Shown: positions 18,764-27,762, counted from the first letter of the stretch. The stretch is 46,501 bases of DNA from Candidatus Magasanikiibacteriota bacterium (GCA_016234265.1 JACRFW010000027.1:1-46501), one strand, 5' to 3'. Program-made: numbers and translations. Notes: generated by a model not told the origin, from the sequence alone.

Positions 18764-18792
18764 TTGATTTTCGGGAAATTTTCGGGTATAAT
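18764..18792 (+). promoter_or_regulatory. Sigma70 promoter (TTGATT, 17 nt, TATAAT) for the LexA-methyltransferase gene, with a 9-bp direct repeat ATTTTCGGG x2 in the spacer
   Basis: tTTGATTttcgggaaattttcgggTATAAT lies about 40 nt upstream of the ATG. Confidence 0.6.
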
Positions 18793-18832
18793 ATAACTAC
18801 CTAAAATCACCCCAAAATAAGTTCAACGAAAT

Positions 18833-20359
18833 ATGCAATCGCCAACCAGAAAACAGAAGGAGGTTTTGGATTTTATAACTTCTTACATAAATAAGCACAG
18901 CATATCCCCCACCATTGAGGAAGTGGCGAGGCGCCTTAAACGCGCGATTGGCACAATACACGAACATATGGAAGAACTGGCGGAAAAGGGATTAATCAAA
19001 AAAAATAATTCTGCTCGTGGTGTTGAAGTTGTGCAAAATGATAGTTTAATCAAAATACCATTACTCGGAACCATAGCGGCGGGTCAGCCCATAGAAGCAA
19101 TTAAAGAAAGAGAGGCCATAGCCGTACCCCAAAGTAAACTGCCTAACTCCGGTAATTTCTATGCCCTGAAAGTAGTCGGTAATAGCATGACTGAAGAGAA
19201 TATCAACGATGGCGACGTTGTGCTAGTCAAACAGCAGAGCGCAGCTGATAACGGACAAAGGGTTGTGGCCTTAATTGATAATTACGAAACTACATTAAAA
19301 AAAATGTACAAAGAAAAAAGGCATATCAGGCTGCAACCGGCCAACAAAACAATGAGCCCCATAATTATTTCTAGACAAACTCCGTTCGCGATACAAGGCA
19401 TCGTGATTGATGTGATAAAAAATGATGAGAATGCCTTTTTAGAAGAACCAATTACATCAAGAAAAATCAAAAGAAATACTGCGCTGCCTTTAAACCAAAT
19501 TATTTTAAATGATGCAACTGAAGAGCTACGGAAGCTTCCGAATGAAAGTTGCGATGTCGTCATAATTGATCCACCATATAATATCGGCAAGGATTTTGGA
19601 AACAACATTGATAAACGAGAGCTGAACGAATACATCGCATGGTGCAAAGAATGGATCGGCGAAAGTATCCGAACAATGAAACCGACGGGGACAATGTTTA
19701 TTTACGGTTTCAGTGAAATTCTTGCTCATCTTTCTGTTGAAATCCCCATAAACAAACGCTGGCTTATCTGGCACTACACAAATAAAAATGTCGCCTCTCT
19801 TAATTTTTGGCAGAGAAGCCATGAAGCAATTATCTGTGCCTGGAAAGATAAGCCGGTTTTCAATAGAGACGAGGTCAGAGAGCCATACACGGAAGGATTT
19901 TTGAACGGGGCGGCTGGTAAAATAAGAAAAGGAACAGTTGGTAGATTTAGCAAGGGTGGATTAGAAACTATCTACAAGGCGCACGAGGGCGGCGCTTTGC
20001 CAAGAGATGTTATAAAAATACCAGCCCTGGCTGGAGGGGCTGGTATGAATGAAAGGTGGTTTATTTGTAAAACTTGCGGAGGAAATATTTTTGAGCCGAG
20101 AGAACTTAAAAAACACATCGACCACAAAATTATTAAACACCCGACACAAAAACCGCTGGAGCTATGTAGGAAATTGATCAGATCATCGGCGCCCAAGAAA
20201 GATGGGGTGGTTCTAGTGCCTTTTGTCGGCACAGGAGCCGAATGCGCGGCCGCAAAAGAATTAAATCAAAACTATATCGGTTTTGAGATTAATCCTGACT
20301 ATGTGAAGATCGCTGAAAAAACCATTTCTTCTGTAAAGGTGACACCAAAATTATTTTAG
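18833..20359 (+). CDS. Fusion protein: LexA-like repressor (winged HTH plus S24 self-cleaving peptidase) fused to a beta-class N6A/N4C DNA methyltransferase
   Basis: N-terminus: HTH, the Ala-Gly cleavage site GTIAAGQPIEA, the Ser in GNSM and the Lys in TLKKMY. C-terminus: DPPY (motif IV) in VVIIDPPYNIG, HPTQKP, and FxGxG (motif I) in PFVGTGAECAAAKEL. It is a single uninterrupted ORF. Confidence 0.85.
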   Translation: MQSPTRKQKEVLDFITSYINKHSISPTIEEVARRLKRAIGTIHEHMEELAEKGLIKKNNSARGVEVVQNDSLIKIPLLGTIAAGQPIEAIKEREAIAVPQSKLPNSGNFYALKVVGNSMTEENINDGDVVLVKQQSAADNGQRVVALIDNYETTLKKMYKEKRHIRLQPANKTMSPIIISRQTPFAIQGIVIDVIKNDENAFLEEPITSRKIKRNTALPLNQIILNDATEELRKLPNESCDVVIIDPPYNIGKDFGNNIDKRELNEYIAWCKEWIGESIRTMKPTGTMFIYGFSEILAHLSVEIPINKRWLIWHYTNKNVASLNFWQRSHEAIICAWKDKPVFNRDEVREPYTEGFLNGAAGKIRKGTVGRFSKGGLETIYKAHEGGALPRDVIKIPALAGGAGMNERWFICKTCGGNIFEPRELKKHIDHKIIKHPTQKPLELCRKLIRSSAPKKDGVVLVPFVGTGAECAAAKELNQNYIGFEINPDYVKIAEKTISSVKVTPKLF

Positions 20360-21046
20360 TCCGGCGTCAATCTCTTTTTTCTTGGCCTCAAAAATATGAG
20401 GAGTGAAAACAACAAAACCATTCGGAAGTCTCCTTAGCTCCTTATTATCTTGGAATCTCTTGTACGGCAATTTAAATTCCCCGTTCTTCTTCTTTGGATT
20501 TTTGAAGTAATCGCCGCTCGGAACCTCATACTTAATGTCCACAAACTCCCCTGGTAGCGGATTTTTTGATTTGGGTTTTTCCTGTCGCACCTCTCTGCCA
20601 AGAGATTTCTTCTTAACCTGATAATTTAAAATTTTACCCAGATATTTGACTTGAAAGTCAGCTCCTTTGTGATCAAGCTCACCAGACATCTCTACTGTTC
20701 CATCACCAAAAACGGATTCGGCAACGTACCCAGCGTGAATTTGCGTAATGATGCTCGCCCATGTTCTGTAAATTCTTGCAGGCAAACCTTTACCAAAACA
20801 TGTTTTGCACATCCCAGTTTTTTCTTGAAAGTTACTAATCTCTTTCTTATATTCTTGCAAATATTCCTCGTAAAACTTTTCGAAACTCAAAAATTTCTTC
20901 TTTTCCCAATATACCTTGTACAGCATATTGATAGCTTGAATCTCCTTGGGCAAGTCCATTTCCACAATTTTAATAGACCGATATTTGTCACGGTAGGCCT
21001 CCAGATCAACCGACTGTAAAAAATTCCCAAATTCACCTAATAACAT
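20351..21046 (-). CDS. Hypothetical protein, possibly a PD-(D/E)xK restriction endonuclease partner of the adjacent methyltransferase
   Basis: Convergent with the MTase, overlapping its 3' end by 9 nt. It carries a GD...x10...DHK arrangement (FGDGTVEMSGELDHK). No other homology is recognisable by eye. Confidence 0.5.
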   Translation of the reverse strand: MLLGEFGNFLQSVDLEAYRDKYRSIKIVEMDLPKEIQAINMLYKVYWEKKKFLSFEKFYEEYLQEYKKEISNFQEKTGMCKTCFGKGLPARIYRTWASIITQIHAGYVAESVFGDGTVEMSGELDHKGADFQVKYLGKILNYQVKKKSLGREVRQEKPKSKNPLPGEFVDIKYEVPSGDYFKNPKKKNGEFKLPYKRFQDNKELRRLPNGFVVFTPHIFEAKKKEIDAGLK

Positions 21047-21062
21047 AGAAGATTATAAAAAA

Positions 21063-21152
21063 TGGCGGAAGGGAGGAGATTTGAACTCCTGAAGGTTTTG
21101 ACACCTTGCGTGCTTTCCAAGCACGTGCACTAGACCGCTATGCGACCCTTCC
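21063..21152 (-). tRNA. tRNA-Ser (anticodon GGA), type II with long variable arm; CCA encoded
   Basis: Manual fold: 7-bp acceptor, 3-bp D stem, anticodon loop UU-GGA-AA, a 16-nt variable arm, and T loop TTCAAAT. Confidence 0.85.
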
Positions 21153-21177
21153 GTGCTAATACGAACAAATTAAGACA

Positions 21178-21215
21178 GGGATCCTTCTCCCGACTGAGTC
21201 GGGATCAGGATGACA
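21178..21215. repeat. Palindromic repeat element, half-copy D (GGATCCTTC box, TCCCGAC-TGA-GTCGGGA hairpin, TCAGGATGACA arm)
   Basis: It is the exact reverse complement of the hairpin in copy C. The arm overlaps the lgt stop codon. Confidence 0.7.
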
Positions 21216-21996
21216 TCGGTTTGTTTTGCCGTTTGAGTCTAACAGAAATAAGGCTCGCCGTCAACGCAACCACGATGAGAAGCATGCCCCACTGCGCCGG
21301 GGTGAGCTGCGCGTAGCGAATGTCGCTGCCGGGCAGGTCGGTGGCGCGCAAAAAATCCAGAAAAAAACGACTGACCGCATAGAGCAGGCTGGAAAGTGTC
21401 GCCACCAGACCCCAGCGCATTTTGACCAACCGCTGGAACGACAGGGCGAAGATAATGAAAAGCACGAAGCCAAGTATGGACTCGTAGAGCCCCAGGTCGT
21501 GACGAGCGCCGCCGGGATAATTTACGGACAGCAGAAAATGCGACAGCGTACCCAGGTGGTCGTGAATAAGAAAACACCCGATACGCCCAATGCCCCAACC
21601 GAGCCAGAGGCCAAGAGCCGCGATGTCGCAATACGGCACAAACTCTTTCCAACTAAATTTGCGCCGTTTGGCGAAGAGCCAGGCTCCGAGCGCGGCCCCG
21701 ATGAACCCGCCAAACGACGATGCTCCCCCGCTCCAAACGGCGAATATCTCCGCGGGGTGAAGAAGGAAATAATCCAGGTTGTAAAAAACCACGTGAAAGA
21801 GCCGGGCGAAAATAAACGCCGGAATGAGGCACCAGAGCGTGAGGTCTAAAACGACTTCGGGAGAGAGAAAATATTTTTTCGCGAGCCACTGCATAAGAAG
21901 GACGGCCGCGACAATGCCCAGCGCCACCATGAGCCCCCACACCTGAATGGGGACGGGGCCGATGAGAATGGCGTTGTATTGGAAGTACGGGATCAT
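21205..21996 (-). CDS. lgt: Prolipoprotein diacylglyceryl transferase
   Basis: Multi-TM protein with the Lgt signature region GRIGCFLIHDHLG. Confidence 0.9.
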   Translation of the reverse strand: MIPYFQYNAILIGPVPIQVWGLMVALGIVAAVLLMQWLAKKYFLSPEVVLDLTLWCLIPAFIFARLFHVVFYNLDYFLLHPAEIFAVWSGGASSFGGFIGAALGAWLFAKRRKFSWKEFVPYCDIAALGLWLGWGIGRIGCFLIHDHLGTLSHFLLSVNYPGGARHDLGLYESILGFVLFIIFALSFQRLVKMRWGLVATLSSLLYAVSRFFLDFLRATDLPGSDIRYAQLTPAQWGMLLIVVALTASLISVRLKRQNKPMSS

Positions 21997-22038
21997 ATTA
22001 CATTTTCATTTCGAACGAAGTAAAGCGTCTCTCACGGT

Positions 22039-22137
22039 TGTCATTCCCCTGAAAAGGGGAATCCATGACTCTACTTTGTTCAACAATAGATTCCCGCTGG
22101 AGTTTACACTCACGAAAGTGGGTGCGGGAATGACAGT
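22039..22137. repeat. Palindromic repeat element, copy F (TGTCATTCCC arm ... GCGGGAATGACA)
   Basis: Matching outer arms with inner GGGG/CCCC hairpins. It lies 1 nt past the LOG-gene stop. Confidence 0.7.
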
Positions 22138-22138
22138 C

Positions 22139-23506
22139 CTATTTTAAATGCGACATAATATCGTCGGGACGATCAATAAATTTCAAGAATGACTCGTCAA
22201 TCTGACTGATGGTTTTGAATTTCACATTTAAATTATGAACAATATCAATCAGCGGTTGCCAGAACTCCCGCCCGTAAAGAATAATGGGCAGCGGTTCTAT
22301 TTTTTTCGTTTCTTGGAGCGTCAGCAATTCAAAAAGCTGATGGAGCGTGCCAAAACCGCCGGGGAAAAAAACAAAGGCCTCGGACGGGGCGGTGATAATG
22401 AGCTTGCGCACAAAGGGGAAAGAGAAGCTGATTGATCTGGTCAAGTAGTTATTCACCCGTTCATGTCCTTTAAAATGCACATTGATGCCGATGCTCTCCC
22501 CCCCATTCTCAAACGCGCCTTTGTTGGCGGCCTCCATAATGCCCGGGCCGCCGCCGGTAATAACCATGTGTTTGCTCTTAGCGAGTACCGCCCCCAGTTC
22601 GTTGGCGGCTTGATAATATGCTGAACCCGGGAGCACGCTCTTGGTGCCAAGCACCGTGACATCATGTTTAACTTTCGTCAAAAATTCAAATCCTTCCACC
22701 AATTCAGCCATGATGCGGAACACCCGCCAATCGGCGGCCCCCTCAAAATACAACGGACCGTTGGCCACTCCCCAGACATCAGAGTTATCGGTCGTATCTT
22801 TTATAAAGGAGAAAGCTTCTTCAGCCGTTTCCACCATGTGCCAGTCGGCAATATCTTTCTCGGACAACGAGTGCGCGAGCGCGATTGATTTTTGCTTTAA
22901 GAAATCCACAATCGGCTGCCAATATTCCCGACCGACCAGCACAATCGGAGTTTTTTCCATGAACCCCAGCTCCATGTAGTCCACCACTTCAAAAAACTCA
23001 TCCAGCGTGCCAAAGCCGCCGGGGAAAAAAACAAAAGCGTTGCCCGGGCTGGTCAGCATCACCTTGCGCGTGAAGAAATAATAGAAAGCGGTGGCTTTTT
23101 TGACGTAAGGGTTGATGCGCTGTTCAAAGGGCAGCTGAATGTTGAGGCCCACCGACTCGCCGCCGACTTCAAACGCGCCTTTGTTGGCGGCCTCCATAAT
23201 GCCCGGGCCGCCGCCGGTAATAGTGGTGAAGCCATGTTTGCCAAGTAACCGCCCGAGTTCCACGGCGACTTTGTAATATTTTTCATTGGGCGAAATGCGG
23301 GCCGAGCCGAGGACCACCACTTCTTTTTTTAGTTCGCTCAAAAATTGATAGCCTTCCACGATTTCGGTGACGATCCGAAAAATGCGCCAGGAATCGCGAT
23401 AGTTCACGGCGGCGCCAGTGGTATGAAAATGCGAGTCCGCAAGGGTTTTACCAGAAGAAACAGCCGAGGCGGGAGTGGCTGGTTGGCGCGTGGTTTTTTT
23501 GGGCAT
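22139..23506 (-). CDS. Tandem-duplicated LOG family protein (two TIGR00730-like cytokinin riboside 5'-monophosphate phosphoribohydrolase domains)
   Basis: The GGGPGIMEAANKGA motif occurs twice, with the PGGxGTxxE motif in each half. Confidence 0.85.
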   Translation of the reverse strand: MPKKTTRQPATPASAVSSGKTLADSHFHTTGAAVNYRDSWRIFRIVTEIVEGYQFLSELKKEVVVLGSARISPNEKYYKVAVELGRLLGKHGFTTITGGGPGIMEAANKGAFEVGGESVGLNIQLPFEQRINPYVKKATAFYYFFTRKVMLTSPGNAFVFFPGGFGTLDEFFEVVDYMELGFMEKTPIVLVGREYWQPIVDFLKQKSIALAHSLSEKDIADWHMVETAEEAFSFIKDTTDNSDVWGVANGPLYFEGAADWRVFRIMAELVEGFEFLTKVKHDVTVLGTKSVLPGSAYYQAANELGAVLAKSKHMVITGGGPGIMEAANKGAFENGGESIGINVHFKGHERVNNYLTRSISFSFPFVRKLIITAPSEAFVFFPGGFGTLHQLFELLTLQETKKIEPLPIILYGREFWQPLIDIVHNLNVKFKTISQIDESFLKFIDRPDDIMSHLK

Positions 23507-23524
23507 AGATAATTATTTTACGTC

Positions 23525-23609
23525 TGTCATTCCCAACTTGATTGGGAATCCATCATTCAACATTTCTAAAACTCTTGCTATGGATTCCCGCTTTTGCGGG
23601 AATGACACA
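23525..23609. repeat. Palindromic repeat element, copy G (nested: TGTCATTCCC/GGGAATGACA arms, GGGAATCCAT/ATGGATTCCC inner repeat, two small hairpins)
   Basis: 3 nt past the gatA stop. Confidence 0.75.
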
Positions 23610-23612
23610 CGA

Positions 23613-25097
23613 TTAATTGTTTGTTTCCAACTGGTAACCAACGTTCAGTACCTTTGCCTCTTTCAATCGAGCGCCGATTATTTGTATACCAATCGGCAAA
23701 CCGGATTTGGTCACGCCTGCTGGCACAGACAGGGCGGGCATGCCGGCGACCGCCGCCGGAGAAACCATCACGTCAGCCAGATACATGGCGATCGGGTCGT
23801 TGGCTTTTTCGCCGATGGTGAAAGCCGGGAACGGCGAAGTCGGGGTGATGAGCACGTCAACTCCACCAGATGGCGGATTGAATACTTTGTCAAAATCTTG
23901 TTTGATAAGGGTGCGGACCTGTTGCGTTTTTTTGTAGTAGGCGTCGTAGTACCCGGCGGAAAGTGCGTAGGTGCCGATGAGAATGCGGCGCTTTACTTCT
24001 TCGGGAAAACCGGTCGCGCGGCTCTTGGCGTAGAGATCATAAAGTGCGCCTTGTGACGACCCCTCACCCTCTGTCCCTCTCCCGCGGGGAGAGGGCTTAC
24101 TTCTGACACCATAGCGCACGCCATCAAGACGACCAAGATTTGAGCTGTCTTCGCTGGGTACGATGATATAGTAGACAGCGATAGCGTACTTGGTGTGTGG
24201 CAAACTGACATCCACAATTTTAGCGCCTAATTTCTTCAATTTTTCTATTTGTTTTTCCGTGGCCGCTTTTACTTCCGGGTCCATGCCGGCAATCTCGTAG
24301 TATTCCTTCGGCACGCCCACCTTCACGCCTTTCAAACTTTCTTCCAAAGCTTTTGTATAGATAGGCACCGAATCGGGCACAGTGGTGGCGTCGCGGTCAT
24401 CGCGACCGGCAATGGCTTCCATCACGATGGCTAAATCCGCGACTGTTTTGGTGATGGGCCCGACAGTATCCAGCGATGAGGCCATGGGCATGATGCCGTA
24501 GCGGGAATTGCGGCCGTAGCTGGGACGCAAACCAACGACGCCGCAAAAGCTCGCGGGCTGACGAATGGAGCCGCCGGTGTCTTCGGCAATGGCAAAAATA
24601 CATTGGTTGTCCGCGACCGCCGCGGCTGACCCGCCGCTGGAACCACCGGCGACCTTGCTGGTGTCGTGCGGATTTTTCACCGGGCCATACATGCTATTTT
24701 CATTGCTGGCGCCATGGCCAAAAGCATCGCAATTATTTTTTCCAATGAGCACCCCGCCCAGATCCCGAATTTTTTTGATGACCGTGGCATCAAACGGCGG
24801 CACATAGTTGTCCAAAATCTTGGCTGAGCCGGTGGAACGAATATCTTTTGTACAAATAGCATCTTTGACGGCAAACGGAATGCCGGTGAGGGCTTTGCCA
24901 TTCCCTGCCGCGAGTAGTTTGTCGGCGGCTTTCGCTTCCTCCAAAGCGGACTTTTCGGACACGGTGATGAACGCATTGATCTCTTGGTTGCGTTTTTTAA
25001 TAAGGTCTAGGCACGCGCGGGTCAGCTCCACAGCGGTAAATTTTTTCTTCTTCAGGCCCTCAGCGGCTTCGGTAATGGTGAGTTCGTTTAGCTTCAT
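23613..25097 (-). CDS. gatA: Asp-tRNA(Asn)/Glu-tRNA(Gln) amidotransferase subunit A
   Basis: Amidase signature GGSSGGSAAAVA...GSIRQPA. The start was trimmed to MKLNELTITEA, overlapping the gatC stop (ATGA). Confidence 0.92.
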   Translation of the reverse strand: MKLNELTITEAAEGLKKKKFTAVELTRACLDLIKKRNQEINAFITVSEKSALEEAKAADKLLAAGNGKALTGIPFAVKDAICTKDIRSTGSAKILDNYVPPFDATVIKKIRDLGGVLIGKNNCDAFGHGASNENSMYGPVKNPHDTSKVAGGSSGGSAAAVADNQCIFAIAEDTGGSIRQPASFCGVVGLRPSYGRNSRYGIMPMASSLDTVGPITKTVADLAIVMEAIAGRDDRDATTVPDSVPIYTKALEESLKGVKVGVPKEYYEIAGMDPEVKAATEKQIEKLKKLGAKIVDVSLPHTKYAIAVYYIIVPSEDSSNLGRLDGVRYGVRSKPSPRGRGTEGEGSSQGALYDLYAKSRATGFPEEVKRRILIGTYALSAGYYDAYYKKTQQVRTLIKQDFDKVFNPPSGGVDVLITPTSPFPAFTIGEKANDPIAMYLADVMVSPAAVAGMPALSVPAGVTKSGLPIGIQIIGARLKEAKVLNVGYQLETNN

Positions 25098-25098
25098 A

Positions 25099-25389
25099 TT
25101 AGTCTTCAAAAACTTCTGGCACCACCAGTTCATCGCCTTCGGTCTGAGGCATCTGAGCAATGATTTCTTTGGTGATGACACATGGTTCAACCTCGTCTTT
25201 GCGAAATACGTTGACGAGGCCCGTGACCTGAAAAGTAGGCTCCACACCCTTCGTGTCTACCTCATTCAAAATTTTCATGTAGTCTAAAACCGCCGAAATA
25301 GTTTCGGCGTGCCGCTTTTCTTCCGCTGGCGTGAGCTCTATGCGGGCTAGCTCGGCAATCTTTTTGACCTCCGCGATGGTGATAGACAT
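25099..25389 (-). CDS. gatC: Asp-tRNA(Asn)/Glu-tRNA(Gln) amidotransferase subunit C
   Basis: 96 aa with the GatC pattern (ITIAEVKKIAELARIEL...EPT), immediately upstream of gatA. Confidence 0.85.
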   Translation of the reverse strand: MSITIAEVKKIAELARIELTPAEEKRHAETISAVLDYMKILNEVDTKGVEPTFQVTGLVNVFRKDEVEPCVITKEIIAQMPQTEGDELVVPEVFED

Positions 25390-25461
25390 AGGTACAGTAT
25401 ATAAAAAAAACTATAAAAACGCAACTTTACAGGGCGCGTTAGATATGATACATAAGGAGCT

Positions 25462-25974
25462 ATGACAATTCACTCTCCACTTTTAAAAATAACATCTCAC
25501 TCGGAAGACGAAACAAAAAAGACGGCCGCGGCCTTGGCCAAAACACTCGCCGGCGGCATGGTGGTGTGCCTTCATGGTGAGCTGGGCGCTGGAAAAACGA
25601 CCTTTGTAAAAGGTCTGGCCGGAGGATTGGGAATAACAGAAAATATCACCTCCCCTACTTTCACACTGATGAATGTGTATAAAATACAGCCAACCCACCC
25701 CTACTCAATACCGCCTCCCGCAGCGAGCGGAATCCGCGATCTTTCGAAATCGGGACAAGCGGGGATTTTGACATTGGTGCACATTGACACCTATCGCCTC
25801 AAAAATGAACAGGAGCTTGTTGCTATCGGCGTGGAAGATTACTTGGGAGAGTTCGGCGTTGTGACCGTTATTGAATGGCCGGAAAAAATCGCGGGGCTTT
25901 TAAAAGGAAAAAAAGTGACCAATGTTACCATTGATCACCGCGGAGAAACTTCCCGCTCAATTGTTATTGACTAA
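25462..25974 (+). CDS. tsaE: tRNA threonylcarbamoyladenosine biosynthesis protein TsaE (P-loop ATPase) with a roughly 30-aa internal insertion
   Basis: GELGAGKTTFVKG Walker A, SPTFTLMNVY, then ...HIDTYRL. An AAGGAG SD lies 7 nt before the ATG. Confidence 0.85.
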   Translation: MTIHSPLLKITSHSEDETKKTAAALAKTLAGGMVVCLHGELGAGKTTFVKGLAGGLGITENITSPTFTLMNVYKIQPTHPYSIPPPAASGIRDLSKSGQAGILTLVHIDTYRLKNEQELVAIGVEDYLGEFGVVTVIEWPEKIAGLLKGKKVTNVTIDHRGETSRSIVID

Positions 25975-26395
25975 CCGCCGGGCACAGCGCCAACGCTTCT
26001 TGCTGCTCGGCCTCGCACTGTTCGTTAGCGGCAACGCATTTTTCAGTTTTACTCTGGGAAGAACAGCCGCGCGCAATCTTGCCGCAAAACGTGTTCGCTT
26101 TCTTAATCGCCCGCAGGCAGGTGGCGGTGGGATTCGTGGCGGCGCCACTGGAAACACTCGCCGCCGCGGCCCCGTCGCTGTCAGTTGCTTCCGCCGCTGT
26201 GATGACTACCGGAGCGGCTTCCTTTTTTGTCTTGGGCTTGATTACCAATCTCTTACTGACTGGTTTGGCTTTGGTATTCTTGGTTTTCACGACCTGTTTC
26301 ACTATCGGGGCGGGAGCCTTGGCCTCAACAAAGGCCGTGACTAATGGGGCAAGAAGCAAGGCCGCCATGATGACAGAAATGATAGTTTTTTTCAT
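25964..26395 (-). CDS. Hypothetical secreted protein (signal peptide, K/A-rich linker, Cys-rich C-terminus)
   Basis: N-terminal MKKTIISVIMAALLLAPLVTAFVEA, a low-complexity middle, and 6 Cys in the last 50 aa. Confidence 0.5.
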   Translation of the reverse strand: MKKTIISVIMAALLLAPLVTAFVEAKAPAPIVKQVVKTKNTKAKPVSKRLVIKPKTKKEAAPVVITAAEATDSDGAAAASVSSGAATNPTATCLRAIKKANTFCGKIARGCSSQSKTEKCVAANEQCEAEQQEALALCPAVSQ

Positions 26396-26511
26396 AGTGT
26401 CTGAACGGATAATTACTTAAAAATTCATCACTGCAACGAAAGGAAGCATGCCATAAACCAGAGATTTTGTCAAGATGGCAGGGCCTATTTTTATCTGAAA
26501 TAAGCGAAAAA

Positions 26512-27756
26512 TTACTTTTTGATTTTCTTGGAAACAAGGTACTTCTTCCCCTTCAGTTCAGCCGGCAGGTACTCCTGCTCCACCGGGATCGCGAAGTCGG
26601 GCGGGTATTTGTAGCCCTTCCCGTAACCAATGTCTTTCATAAACTCGGTGGACGCATTCCGGAGGTGAAGAGGCGCGCCGAGGTGCGAAGTGGCGCGGGC
26701 GTCTTCGGCCGCCGCAGAATAAGCGGTGTAAAGTAGATTTGATTTAGCAGACTTGGCGCAGTAGACCACGGCCTGGGCCAGGTGCACGGCGCACTCCGGC
26801 ATGCCGAGCTGATGGCAAGCTTGAAACGCCGCCGTGGCCTGGATGAGGGCTTCGCTGTTCGCCATGCCGATATCTTCACTCGCGAAACGCACCACCCGGC
26901 GAGCCACGTAGAGCGGGTCGGCCCCGCCCTCCAGCATCCGCGCCAGCCAGTAGAGAGCGGCGTCGGGGTCGGAGCCGCGCATAGATTTATGGAGCGCGGA
27001 AATGAGATTGTAAAACTCTTCCCCATTTTTATCAAACACAAAATGTGTTCGTTGCAATGCTTCTTTAATATCGTCGGCGGTGATGGCCGTCTTTTTCTTT
27101 TTTGCCGGCGACTTGGCCGCGGCTACGACAGCGAGCTCCAGGCCATTCAAAGCTACGCGCGCATCGCCGCCCGCGAGCTCGGCGAGGAGGCGCAGCGTCT
27201 TGTCCTCCACAGTGACGGGGTAGTTCCCGAGGCCGTGCTCGGAATCAGTAAGGGCGCGCTGCAAAACCCGGATGATATCTTCAGCCGACAAACGCTGTAA
27301 AATAAACACGCGCGAACGCGACAAAAGGGCGCCAATAATTTCAAACGAGGGATTTTCGGTGGTGGCGCCGATGAAAATAATATGCCCCTTTTCCACATGG
27401 GGCAGGAGCGCGTCCTGCTGGGCCTTGTTCCAGCGGTGGATTTCATCTATAAACAAAACAGTACGTTCACCGAGGCGACGCGACATGGTCGCTTGCTCAA
27501 TGACTTGGCGCAGATCCTCTTTGCCGCTCCCCGTGGCGGACAAACTGATAAAACGTGACTTAGTGTGCTCGGCAATGATGTGCGCCAGAGTCGTCTTTCC
27601 CACTCCGGGCGGGCCCCAAAAAATGAGCGACGAGAGTTGGTCGCCTTCAATGAGCTTGCGGAGCAGTTTGCCCTGGCCCACAATATCCATTTGTCCGACA
27701 AACTCAGCAAAGGTGCGCGGCCGTAAACGTTCGGCCAAAGGGGCGCTAGTGAGCAT
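26512..27756 (-). CDS. rarA: Replication-associated recombination protein A (AAA+ ATPase)
   Basis: GPPGVGKTTLAHIIA Walker A, DEIHRWNKAQQDALL, and the MgsA C-terminal domain. Confidence 0.92.
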   Translation of the reverse strand: MLTSAPLAERLRPRTFAEFVGQMDIVGQGKLLRKLIEGDQLSSLIFWGPPGVGKTTLAHIIAEHTKSRFISLSATGSGKEDLRQVIEQATMSRRLGERTVLFIDEIHRWNKAQQDALLPHVEKGHIIFIGATTENPSFEIIGALLSRSRVFILQRLSAEDIIRVLQRALTDSEHGLGNYPVTVEDKTLRLLAELAGGDARVALNGLELAVVAAAKSPAKKKKTAITADDIKEALQRTHFVFDKNGEEFYNLISALHKSMRGSDPDAALYWLARMLEGGADPLYVARRVVRFASEDIGMANSEALIQATAAFQACHQLGMPECAVHLAQAVVYCAKSAKSNLLYTAYSAAAEDARATSHLGAPLHLRNASTEFMKDIGYGKGYKYPPDFAIPVEQEYLPAELKGKKYLVSKKIKK

Positions 27757-27762
27757 ATGTAT

